From Acidimicrobiia bacterium (GTDB taxonomy: Bacteria > Actinomycetota > Acidimicrobiia > Acidimicrobiales > Bin134): a stretch of DNA of 64,000 nucleotides. The position numbers and the translations under genes were made by a program. Under the pieces are notes generated by a model, which was given only the letters and a program-made list of their open reading frames with translations, was not told the DNA's origin and searched no databases. The number at the start of each line of letters is the position of its first letter. Positions within the stretch are counted from its first letter, which is position 1. Positions 10,626 through 19,284 of the stretch are shown in pieces. The stretch spans positions 32,846 to 96,845 of the forward strand of contig JAJDYE010000008.1 in NCBI GenBank assembly GCA_022822905.1, read 5' to 3'.

Positions 10626-10693
10626 AGTAGAAATCCCCAAGAAACCTGCATTTAACCACAGGCATAAGCCCGATTTGGAGCTTGGATCGACCC

Positions 10694-11449
10694 TCAGGAC
10701 CACATCCCGCGCGCCACAAGAACGTCGCGCAACACGGTGGGCCGGTCGGTCATGATGCCGTCCACCCCCATGTCGAGGAGTCGGTGCATCTCGTCGGCAT
10801 CGTCGATGGTCCACACATGCACTGCAAGTTCTTGGGCGTGGGCAGCGTCCACGAATCGCTGGTGGACTAGCGGAACAGCCTTGGCGCTCGGGGGAACCTG
10901 GGCGCACGCGCCGGCCTTGACCTTTACTGGCAAACCAGCCGATGCAGCCTGGAGTTGGCCGACCTCCTTGGGACTCAGTCCAGTACACAAGCGAGGTCCA
11001 CCCAACCGCCGGGCGAGGGCCAGTCGGCGGCCGGAAAACGAGCCGACGCAGACGCGGTCGACGGCATCGGCGCGTTGGAGGGCACCGATCAGGGGCACAG
11101 TGGCCTGGTCGTGTTTGGGATCGACCGCGATCCGGAGGCCGGGCCAGGCTTCCAAGAGCTCCTCGAACCGGGGAATGGCGTGTCCACCGCCGACTCTTAT
11201 AGCTTTCAGATCCCGCCAGTTCAGGTCGGCGATGGCCTCGGGCCGTCCGCTGAGGCGCTGCAACCCCTCGTCATGGAACGCCACCAGCACTTCGTCGCGG
11301 GTGGCGTGTACGTCGGTCTCGACATATCGGTAGCCGAGGTCGATGGCGGCGGCGAACGCGGCCATGGTGTTCTCCGGCCCCTCCGCGGCGCCCCCCCTGT
11401 GGGCGATGGGAATCGGGCCGTCATGGTCCAAAAACGGCCAAGCACTCAC
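10694..11449 (-). CDS. Glycerophosphodiester phosphodiesterase family protein
   Basis: PIAHRGG...ENTMAAF..AIDLGYRYVETDVHATRD..LVAFHD motif. Start placed at GTG 11449; the longer ORF to 11566 overlaps the divergent gene. Confidence 0.8.
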   Translation of the reverse strand: MSAWPFLDHDGPIPIAHRGGAAEGPENTMAAFAAAIDLGYRYVETDVHATRDEVLVAFHDEGLQRLSGRPEAIADLNWRDLKAIRVGGGHAIPRFEELLEAWPGLRIAVDPKHDQATVPLIGALQRADAVDRVCVGSFSGRRLALARRLGGPRLCTGLSPKEVGQLQAASAGLPVKVKAGACAQVPPSAKAVPLVHQRFVDAAHAQELAVHVWTIDDADEMHRLLDMGVDGIMTDRPTVLRDVLVARGMWS

Positions 11450-11486
11450 CAGCGAAAGAGTAGTAGTCGGAGTAGATTCACTATTC

Positions 11487-12272
11487 GTGGCTTGGGATCC
11501 CGCGGAGAAGTTCAGGCAACTGCTCCAAGACGAGGAGTTCGCGCTCCATGAGGGCGCGCTGTGCATTGCCGCTCACGGCTGCCCTGGGATGGATTTCCAA
11601 GCCGAACTCGACCGGCTCCACGCACTGGTCGATCGCTGCGACCGCTCCAGCCGAGACGGAATGCTGCATTCACTGTTCAGCGAACTGGGATTTCACGGCA
11701 ACCGGGCTGACTACTACGACCCGCGGAACTCTTTCCTGAATGAGGTCATACACCGGCGCACCGGCATTCCCATCAGCCTTGCCGTCCTCACGATCGCCAT
11801 TGGACATCTCTCCGGCAATGCCTTTGACGGAATCGGGCTTCCCGGGCACTTCCTGATCCGGGACCGCAACGAGACCGACGTGTTCATCGACGTGTATGCC
11901 GGGGGAGCGCTGCTCGACGCCCAGGGTTGCGAACAGCTCTTCCACCAGATCACCGGGGGTGACAAGGGTTTCCATCCCGCTTATCTGGCACCGGTGGACC
12001 ACTCGTCGATCATGGAGAGAATGCTGGGGAACCTTCGAGCGATCTACGCCCAGAACAAGGACTACGCCAATCTGGAGTGGGTACTGGAGTTGCGGACGAT
12101 GTGTCCATCGGTTCCAGCCGACGAGGCAAAGCAGCTCGGCATGCTCAACATGGAGCGGGGCCGATTCGACCAGGCCGCCCGTCGGTTCGAGCAATTGGCC
12201 CAAGTTGCCGAGGACGATGATGAGGACCAGCTTCAACGACTGGCCACCCTTGCTCGTGCCCGCATGAACTAA
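11487..12272 (+). CDS. SirB1/YchA-like transglutaminase-fold plus TPR-like protein
   Basis: LFSELGFHGN..DYYDPRNSFLNEVIHRRTGIPISLAVL...GLPGHFLIRD is typical of this family. Start uncertain (GTG 11487 chosen). Confidence 0.6.
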   Translation: MAWDPAEKFRQLLQDEEFALHEGALCIAAHGCPGMDFQAELDRLHALVDRCDRSSRDGMLHSLFSELGFHGNRADYYDPRNSFLNEVIHRRTGIPISLAVLTIAIGHLSGNAFDGIGLPGHFLIRDRNETDVFIDVYAGGALLDAQGCEQLFHQITGGDKGFHPAYLAPVDHSSIMERMLGNLRAIYAQNKDYANLEWVLELRTMCPSVPADEAKQLGMLNMERGRFDQAARRFEQLAQVAEDDDEDQLQRLATLARARMN

Positions 12273-12335
12273 TGGAAGAGGCCGGCCTCCTATAGACCGC
12301 GAATTCAGCCCGACCGGGCGGTAGCGTTAAATCTC

Positions 12336-13754
12336 GTGCCCCGCCGAACCAAGATCATCGCCACTATTGGCCCGGCATCGGAATCGCCCGAGATGCTGCG
12401 GGCCATGGTGGACGCGGGCATGGACGTGGCTCGCATCGGGCTGGCTCATGGAACGCTGGACGAGGCTCTCGGTCGTATGCGCCTCGTGCGCCAGGTGGCC
12501 CAGGATGCGGGTCGGCGGGTGGGGGTGCTGGTGGACTTGCCCGGCCCCAAGGTGCGAACGGCGAGTTTTGGCCAAGAAGGCGTGGAACTGCGGGCCGACA
12601 CCGAAGTGGAGATCAGGGTGGGCGACACCCAGAGCACCGCTTCCGTGGTGGAAGTGGAATATGAAGATCTCCTCAACGACATCGCCGTTGGCGACCAAAT
12701 AGCGCTGGGCGACGGACAAGTGCGGCTGCAAGTGGCGGACGTGTCAGCAGACAAGGCCACCGGGGTGATCCTTCACGGTGATGTGATCCACGGGCGGCCT
12801 GGCTTTCGGATCCCCTCCGACCGGCTCAGTATGCCCACGCCGACGCCTGAGGACTTGCAATGCCTGGACGCGTTCGTGAGTGAAGCGGTGGACATGGTGG
12901 CTGTTTCGTTCGTGCGGTCGGGAGACGACATACGCCGGGTGAAGGTGGAACCCCATCCGGACGGCCCGCTGGTGATCGCCAAGATCGAGACTCAGGCGGC
13001 CGTTCAGAACCTGGACGACATCATCGAGGCGTCGGCAGGCATCATGGTGGCCCGCGGCGACCTCGGAACTGAATGCCTGTTGGAGGAGACCCCCCACCTT
13101 CAAAAGCGGATCATTCGAGACTGCATCGCCGGGGGATTGCCCGTGATCACCGCCACCCAGATGCTGGACTCCATGGTCCAGGCATCCACCCCGACGAGGG
13201 CCGAGGTGTCGGATGTGGCCAATGCGGTTTTCGACGGCACCAGCGCAGTGATGCTCTCGGCCGAGACCGCCATCGGGGCCCACCCGGCGGCCACGGTGGC
13301 CACCATGGCCCGAATCGCCGAGCGGGCCGACGAGGAGTTCGACTACGTCCGCTGGGGGGAGAACATCCGCCGCTTGCGCATGACTGATGCTGATGCCCCC
13401 ACCTCGGTCACCGACGCCATGACCGGGGCGGCCGCCACCGCGGCGAACGAGCTGAATCTGGCCGCCATTGTGTGCATCTCGGCGTCGGGGTTCACCGTTC
13501 GGTCGATGGCCCGGTTCCGCCCCCAAACGGCCATATTGGGGTTCAGCACTTCGGAGCGCACCGTTCAGCAGCTCACCCTGAGCTGGGGAGTCACCCCCAT
13601 GCTGGCCTGCGAGCCGGGCACCTACGAGGCTCGAGTGGCCGAGGCATTGAGCCTGGCCAAAGAAGCCGGGCATGTTGTCCCCGGGGATGTGGTTGCCGTT
13701 CTGGCCGGCATGGAGGAGGCCACCGACGTGCTGCGCTTGGTGCGCATCCACTGA
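12336..13754 (+). CDS. pyk: Pyruvate kinase
   Basis: RRTKIIATIGPAS, MDVARIGLAHG, KIE..AV.NLDDI, MVARGDLG and MLSAETA motifs. Confidence 0.95.
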   Translation: MPRRTKIIATIGPASESPEMLRAMVDAGMDVARIGLAHGTLDEALGRMRLVRQVAQDAGRRVGVLVDLPGPKVRTASFGQEGVELRADTEVEIRVGDTQSTASVVEVEYEDLLNDIAVGDQIALGDGQVRLQVADVSADKATGVILHGDVIHGRPGFRIPSDRLSMPTPTPEDLQCLDAFVSEAVDMVAVSFVRSGDDIRRVKVEPHPDGPLVIAKIETQAAVQNLDDIIEASAGIMVARGDLGTECLLEETPHLQKRIIRDCIAGGLPVITATQMLDSMVQASTPTRAEVSDVANAVFDGTSAVMLSAETAIGAHPAATVATMARIAERADEEFDYVRWGENIRRLRMTDADAPTSVTDAMTGAAATAANELNLAAIVCISASGFTVRSMARFRPQTAILGFSTSERTVQQLTLSWGVTPMLACEPGTYEARVAEALSLAKEAGHVVPGDVVAVLAGMEEATDVLRLVRIH

Positions 13755-13773
13755 CCGTAGAAGGATTGCGCTT

Positions 13774-14220
13774 ATGAGCGATGCGCCGGTGAATCTGACC
13801 CGCTCGGGGCCGCCCGAGACTGTTCTAGATCCTGAGCCGGCCGAAGCATTGCTCGCGCTGGCCGAGGCGATGAGTGCGGACGAGGCCCAAAGAAGGGATG
13901 CCGTGGCCGAAGTGGTTGCCCGATTTCCCCGCTTTCTAGACGGCTGGGCTCGACTGGGATTGCTGGCCCGTGACCAGGCCGAGGCGTATGCCGCCTTCCG
14001 GGTGGGTTATCACCGGGGACTGGACCGGCTGCGCCAGAATGGCTGGCGGGGATCGGGCTATGTGCGCTGGGCCCACGAGGTGAACCGGGGCTTCTTGCGG
14101 GCCTTGGCCGGATTGCAGGCCACCGCGGCGGCGATCGGGGAGACCGACGAGGAGGAGCGCTGCCTTCTTTTCTTGCACCAACTCGACCCGTCTTGGCCTC
14201 CAGCGGACTGGAGGGATTGA
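13774..14220 (+). CDS. DUF3151-family protein
   Basis: FPRFLDGWARLG...AFRVGYHRGLDRLRQNGWRGSGYVRW...NRGFLRAL pattern. Start at ATG 13774. Confidence 0.7.
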   Translation: MSDAPVNLTRSGPPETVLDPEPAEALLALAEAMSADEAQRRDAVAEVVARFPRFLDGWARLGLLARDQAEAYAAFRVGYHRGLDRLRQNGWRGSGYVRWAHEVNRGFLRALAGLQATAAAIGETDEEERCLLFLHQLDPSWPPADWRD

Positions 14221-14221
14221 C

Positions 14222-14785
14222 GTGGCGGCGCCAGGCGGCAGCGGACCCATCGGCCCGTACCCCGAACATGTAGTGGACGATCCTGAGGCTCAAGACGGCT
14301 ACGACCGACTCCGCCGGAGGGTCTTGTGGAGTCTGCCCTATGGGTTGTATGTGGTGGGCTCGCGGGCCGGGGAACGGCGCAACGGCATGACCCTCAACTG
14401 GGCCACCCAGTTGGCCTTCGAGCCCAAGCTGGTGGGCATTGGCGTGGAGCATCCCGCCTATACCCACGAGCTCATTTCCGAGGGCGGAGTGTTCAGCCTC
14501 TGCACGATCGCCAGAGAAGACCGGGCGATCGTGCGCAAGTTCACCAAGCCGGTGGAGGTCGATTTGGCGGCCATGACCCTCAACGGCTTCGGCTTCCACG
14601 ACGGGGTTACCGGCGCGCCCATCTTGGACTGCGCTCCCGCCTATCTCGACTGCGAGGTGCGCGACGCAGTGGTGACTGGCGCCCACACCCTGTTCATTGG
14701 CGAAGTGGTCGACTGCGGCTTCCAGCACGACGAGGACACCCCCGTTCTTCGTATGGAAGACACCCGCATGAACTACGGAGGCTAG
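14222..14785 (+). CDS. Flavin reductase family protein
   Basis: LYVVGSR..GERRNGMTLNWATQLAFEPKLVGIGV is typical of the flavin reductase-like FMN-binding domain. Confidence 0.8.
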   Translation: MAAPGGSGPIGPYPEHVVDDPEAQDGYDRLRRRVLWSLPYGLYVVGSRAGERRNGMTLNWATQLAFEPKLVGIGVEHPAYTHELISEGGVFSLCTIAREDRAIVRKFTKPVEVDLAAMTLNGFGFHDGVTGAPILDCAPAYLDCEVRDAVVTGAHTLFIGEVVDCGFQHDEDTPVLRMEDTRMNYGG

Positions 14786-14811
14786 AAATCGAGTCCGGCT
14801 TCACCGGTGCA

Positions 14812-15354
14812 GTGCTGGCGGGAGGGCAGAGCCGACGGATGGGCGCGGATAAGGCGTTCATCCCGGTGGGGGGCAGAAGACTGATCGATTGCGCTTTGGA
14901 GGCATTGGCCCATGCTTCGCAGCGATTCATCGTCGGCGGCGACGATCCCCGTCTAGAGGATGCTGCGGCCTTGGCCGATGCCCGGCACATCTCCGACCGT
15001 TGGCCCGGCGAGGGTCCTCTTGGGGCTGTGGCCACCGCGCTGGAATTGGCCGATCATCCGGTAACGGTGGTCTTGCCCTGTGATCTCCCCGCTATCAGCC
15101 CCGAGGACGTGGCGGTGCTGGTGCAGGCAGTTCGCGAGTCTTCGGCCGCCGCCCCCTCAGCGGCCGTATTCACCGACCAACGGCGCCACTATCTGCCCCT
15201 GGCCATCGATACGGCAGCCGCAGCACTGGCCGAGCGCCTGTTCGAATCCGGCCAGCGCGCGGTTGCCTCGCTGCTCGATGCATTGACTGTTGTCGACGTT
15301 CCCGCGCCACCATCGGCGGTGGCAGATGTCGACACACCCGAAGACCTCGGCTGA
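14812..15354 (+). CDS. mobA: Molybdenum cofactor guanylyltransferase (MobA-like)
   Basis: VLAGGQSRRMGADKAF and LPCDLP motifs. Start uncertain: GTG 14812, with no ATG upstream in frame. Confidence 0.7.
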   Translation: MLAGGQSRRMGADKAFIPVGGRRLIDCALEALAHASQRFIVGGDDPRLEDAAALADARHISDRWPGEGPLGAVATALELADHPVTVVLPCDLPAISPEDVAVLVQAVRESSAAAPSAAVFTDQRRHYLPLAIDTAAAALAERLFESGQRAVASLLDALTVVDVPAPPSAVADVDTPEDLG

Positions 15355-16552
15355 GCCCAGCCAGCCCGTTAGCCTCGACAGAGTGGAAGCCCTAGTCACC
15401 TCTCGGCGCAAGTTGGCCGCGGTGGTGGCTGATGCATCGACCGCAGATGCCTATGCCCTGGATACCGAATTCCACCGGGAGCGCACCTACTACCCCCGAC
15501 TCGCACTGGTCCAGATCGCCTGGCGCGATCAGCTGGCCATCATCGACCCGCTGGAAGTTCCCATAACCCCGCTGGCCAAGCTGTTGGACGGTGAAGGGCT
15601 TGCCGTGCTCCATGCCGCGGAGCAGGACTTGGAGGTCCTCTGCCACGAATGCGGGACGCGGCCTCGGAGGATTTTCGACACCCAGATAGGGGCCGGGTTC
15701 ATCGGCTACAGCTCGCCTTCGCTGGCCGCGCTCCACGATCGCCTGCTGGGGGTGGAATTGGCCAAGGAAGCTCGTATGTCCGACTGGTTTCAGCGGCCGC
15801 TGCCCGATCGCATGCTGGCCTATGCCGCGGCCGATGTGGAGCGCCTACTGGAGATCAGCGACATCTTGCAGAAGGAACTGCATGCCCGAGGCCGTCTGGA
15901 ATGGGCTGAGGAAGAGTGTGCGCTCTTGTTGGAGCGGGCCGACGCAGGCCGGTCTCCCGAAACCGCCTGGCACCGGATCAAAGAGGTCCGCCGAATGGAG
16001 GGTCGACAAAGGGGGATAGCCCAAGCGGTGGCCCGATGGCGGGAAGAGTACGCTGCCCGTTTGAATAAGCCCGTTCGCCATGTGCTGTCGGATCTGGGGG
16101 TTGCGGTTGTGGCTCAACGCATGCCCAAGTCACTCGCCCAGTTGCGGGAGATACGGGGTGTCGAGCCTCGCAACCTTCGCAAGGGCGCCGACAAGGAGCT
16201 GTTGGCCTTCCTCGACGGGCTCAAAGACGCTGAAATGGCGGTCGAGCCGGCCAGCAAGTCGCCCAAGTTGGATCCAGCGCTCAAGCCGGCGGTCAATCTC
16301 ATCACGTCGTGGGCCGCCCAGCACGCCGCCGACGCCGCTATCGATCCAGCCCTAGTAGCCACCCGCAGCGATATCGAGGCTCTGCTGAGGGGCGATCCGG
16401 ATTGTCGAGCTCTCAAGGGGTGGCGAGCCGACATCATCGCGGCACCGGTCCAGCGATTGTTGAGCGGGACCGCGGCAGTAGCCTTCGACAGCCAAGGCAA
16501 GCTCACGCTTGAGGAGCGCTCAGGGCGACCGATTTTGGACACACATGAGTGA
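15326..16552 (+). CDS. rnd: Ribonuclease D
   Basis: DEDD exonuclease motifs (ALDTEF, HAAEQDLEVL, YAAADVERL) plus an HRDC-like C-terminal region. Start uncertain (ATG 15326). Confidence 0.85.
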   Translation: MSTHPKTSAEPSQPVSLDRVEALVTSRRKLAAVVADASTADAYALDTEFHRERTYYPRLALVQIAWRDQLAIIDPLEVPITPLAKLLDGEGLAVLHAAEQDLEVLCHECGTRPRRIFDTQIGAGFIGYSSPSLAALHDRLLGVELAKEARMSDWFQRPLPDRMLAYAAADVERLLEISDILQKELHARGRLEWAEEECALLLERADAGRSPETAWHRIKEVRRMEGRQRGIAQAVARWREEYAARLNKPVRHVLSDLGVAVVAQRMPKSLAQLREIRGVEPRNLRKGADKELLAFLDGLKDAEMAVEPASKSPKLDPALKPAVNLITSWAAQHAADAAIDPALVATRSDIEALLRGDPDCRALKGWRADIIAAPVQRLLSGTAAVAFDSQGKLTLEERSGRPILDTHE

Positions 16553-16604
16553 GTTGCGCTTCATGAATCCGATTTCCGCTGATCCATTGAAAGGAAGCAC
16601 ATGA
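16545..16604 (+). other. 19-codon bridging mini-ORF (MSELRFMNPISADPLKGST) between rnd and the PRTase gene
   Basis: Its ATG 16545 lies inside CATGAGTGA, which contains the rnd stop (16550-16552). Its TGA 16602-16604 overlaps the downstream ATG 16601 (ATGA). Confidence 0.4.
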
Positions 16605-17113
16605 GCGAAGCAGCAGACCGGGAATGGCTCGACTGGGATTCCTATGGTCGGGCTGTGCGGGAATTGGCGGCGTTGGTGGCCGACGACGGCTACCGGCCAG
16701 AGATGATCTTGGCCATCGCCCGAGGCGGCCTCTTCTGCGCAGGGTCACTCGGCTATGCCCTGTCGATCAAGAACATCTACGTGATGAACTGCGAGTACTA
16801 CACCGGGGTGGATGAGCGGCTTCCCGTTCCAGTGATGCTGCCTCCTGCCGTTGACCTGGTGGATCATCGCAACTCCAAGATACTCATCGCCGACGACGTG
16901 GCCGACACCGGCCACACGCTCAAAATGGTCTACGACTTCTGTGTAGAGCGGGTTGGCGATGTGCGCTCCGCGGTGCTTTATGAGAAGTCGCATTCCCTGG
17001 TGAAGTGCGACTACGTGTGGAGGCGAACTGACCAATGGATCAACTTCCCGTGGTCCACGGATCGACCCCTGGTGAGTGCTGAGGAGGCCCGCCATAGGGT
17101 TCTCGATGCTTAG
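16601..17113 (+). CDS. Phosphoribosyltransferase (purine PRTase-like)
   Basis: PRPP-binding loop ILIADDVADTGHTL; 170 aa. Confidence 0.8.
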   Translation: MSEAADREWLDWDSYGRAVRELAALVADDGYRPEMILAIARGGLFCAGSLGYALSIKNIYVMNCEYYTGVDERLPVPVMLPPAVDLVDHRNSKILIADDVADTGHTLKMVYDFCVERVGDVRSAVLYEKSHSLVKCDYVWRRTDQWINFPWSTDRPLVSAEEARHRVLDA

Positions 17114-17262
17114 TTGCGTGTCGCGGCCAGGCGTTCTTGGAATTAGCGGTGTGCAAGATACGGCAACCGAGTGGTTAGACTGGCCTTTATGAGAGGTTAG
17201 GGGGTGAGTTCCCCCTGCTGCCGGAGCTAAAGAGCCGCCGGCTTGATATTGCGGAGCCGCCC

Positions 17263-17481
17263 ATGAAAAAGGGACGCCACCGTCGTTACGAAGAAGCTCG
17301 TGCGCTGAAGCACACAAGCGACGACTTCGACGTTATGTTCGAAGAGAACGAGGACCCATGCGTGGAATGTGGAGCCATCCCCGGTGAGGAATGCCGACTC
17401 GTGAAGGTTGGGGCAAAACCCTGGTGCGAATACCGGGACACCCCGAACGCTGACAGCGTTGACGAGCTATTTCCCGACTGA
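17263..17481 (+). CDS. Small acidic hypothetical protein with 4 Cys (CxxC-x8-C-x11-C)
   Basis: 72-aa ORF in a locally A/T-richer stretch. No recognised family. Confidence 0.4.
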   Translation: MKKGRHRRYEEARALKHTSDDFDVMFEENEDPCVECGAIPGEECRLVKVGAKPWCEYRDTPNADSVDELFPD

Positions 17482-17537
17482 GCCGGTCTTCTCAAGACGA
17501 CCTATTTCCTGACAGAGCCGGTCTTACTAGACCCCGG

Positions 17538-19250
17538 TCACACTCCCTCCGTCTCGTCGAGGATCTCGTCGAGTCGAAGGATGTCGTCAGCCCGCACCAC
17601 CCCGATGAAGGTGTCGTCGTCGTCGGTCACCGGCAATTGGTCGGTGTCATTGGCGTCCATCTGGGCCACTGCATCGCGCAATGTCCAAGACGGACGGGCC
17701 GTGGGAAGATCGCGCCGAGCGATGTCGGCAACCAGCGTGTCGTTCCACACGTCGCGTTCTAGATCGCTCATCTGCTCCAAGCCGCACATCCCGAGATAGG
17801 TTCCACCGTCGACTACCGGGACTTCTCGTTCGCGTCGACCAAGAAGATGGATGTACACCAATTCACTGACCGTGGCGTCGGGGGGCACGGTCAGGGTGTC
17901 GGTGGTGAGTGCGGAGGTGAGGGGCAGGGCGAGCCGGCGCTCCACCAGGCCCTCCCGCTTGTCGAGCTGATAGGAAGCCACCGAACTGGATCCGGCCACT
18001 AGCTGCGACACTGCGGCGGCGATGAGCGCGGGGACTACGAACACTGATGCGCCGGTGCTCTCCGCAACGAACATAACTGCGGTGATGGGCGCCCGGTACC
18101 CGGCGCCCAAGAAGGCGGCCAGCCCCAGCGTGCGGTACAGCCCGATGTCGGCCGTTCCCAATGCTTGGCCCACGAAGCTGCCCACAATCACCCCCTGGAC
18201 GGCCAGGGGAATGAACAGCCCGCCGGTGCCTCCGGCGCCCACGGTGGTGAGGGTGGCGATCACCCGGAAGGCAAGCAGGCTTCCGATGAGAAGCAGGGTG
18301 TGATTGTCGTCTTGCAGCCATTGGGTGGCCTCCACCCCAGGGCCCAGGCTCAGGGGCTGGTCGAACACTGCCTCGGTCGCCACCACCAGTCCAGCCAGCA
18401 CCGCACCGCCCACCAGGATCCTGACAATGACCGGGTAGTGCAGTTCGAGCCCTTTGGCCTGGCGCACCAGCCAGGCGAATCCCCGTCCCCCAAGACCGGC
18501 CACGAGGCCAAGGAGCGCCCCCCCGCCCAAATGGATGATGCTGAGATCGCCGCCGTGGCTGCCCAGATCGATAACCGGATCAGTGCCCAGGATGGCCACG
18601 TACACCAGATAACCGGAGGCCGATGCCAGCAGGGCAGGCAACAGGGCCCGGCGAGCCACGTCGTCGCGATAAGGGGCTTCCAACGCGAAGATCACCCCGG
18701 TTGCCGGGGTCTTGAACACGGCGGCGATGCCAGCAGCCGCTCCGGCGGTGAGCAGCATCTTGGCTTCTTCCCGGCGCAACCATCGTGAAAACAGTCCCTG
18801 AGTGCTGTGGCCGACGGTGGCACCGGCGTACACCGAGGGGCCCTCCAATCCCATCGAACCCCCTAGGCCGATGGTGGCCACACCGGCGAGGAGCTTGGCG
18901 GGAAGTTGGGAGAGGGGCAGTCGGGGGTGGCGTTCGTGGAAGGCGCGGACGTACTCGTCGGACGTCGATGGGGAGGCGCCCCGCCCGAGATAGCGCAAGA
19001 TTGCGACAGCGGCAAACAAGCCGATGGCCGGAGCCGCCGCCTGCCACCAAAGCGGGCCCTCCAAGAGCCTCTTGAGCAGCACTTCAACGGTGAGCTGCTC
19101 AAAACCAGCCACCAATAGCCCGACGAGAGCCCCGGTGACGATGGAGAGCACCATCACGGCGGGAAAGGCCCGGCGCGGTCGGAACGAGGCGAGCAGCTCC
19201 ACCCCTGACCGTGCGATTCGTCCCGTCAAAAGACCTTGGAGTGCTTGCAT
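17538..19250 (-). CDS. ClC-family chloride channel/antiporter with C-terminal CBS pair
   Basis: GLEGPSV, FKTPATGVIFALE and GGLFIP selectivity-filter motifs, with a CBS-like C-terminal tail. Confidence 0.9.
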   Translation of the reverse strand: MQALQGLLTGRIARSGVELLASFRPRRAFPAVMVLSIVTGALVGLLVAGFEQLTVEVLLKRLLEGPLWWQAAAPAIGLFAAVAILRYLGRGASPSTSDEYVRAFHERHPRLPLSQLPAKLLAGVATIGLGGSMGLEGPSVYAGATVGHSTQGLFSRWLRREEAKMLLTAGAAAGIAAVFKTPATGVIFALEAPYRDDVARRALLPALLASASGYLVYVAILGTDPVIDLGSHGGDLSIIHLGGGALLGLVAGLGGRGFAWLVRQAKGLELHYPVIVRILVGGAVLAGLVVATEAVFDQPLSLGPGVEATQWLQDDNHTLLLIGSLLAFRVIATLTTVGAGGTGGLFIPLAVQGVIVGSFVGQALGTADIGLYRTLGLAAFLGAGYRAPITAVMFVAESTGASVFVVPALIAAAVSQLVAGSSSVASYQLDKREGLVERRLALPLTSALTTDTLTVPPDATVSELVYIHLLGRREREVPVVDGGTYLGMCGLEQMSDLERDVWNDTLVADIARRDLPTARPSWTLRDAVAQMDANDTDQLPVTDDDDTFIGVVRADDILRLDEILDETEGV

Positions 19251-19284
19251 CCTGTGTGACTCACTGCCGGTATTCTACTGGCGG

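Noticed and set aside
12279-12290. Perfect 12-bp palindrome GAGGCCGGCCTC after the SirB1-like gene as a terminator.
   Set aside because: There is no loop and no downstream T-tract, so it is too weak to call as a terminator or operator.
19024-19284. Extended N-termini suggested by the ORF track (glcD from 19024, M20 from 49165, tal to 26599, the lipoprotein to 63714, trmI from 35541, DUF3151 from 13672, the 157-aa ORF in an off-frame ending at 38795).
   Set aside because: The extensions overlap neighbouring genes or a predicted promoter and have low-complexity composition. Internal starts with SD-like sequences or stop-start overlaps give family-typical N-termini.
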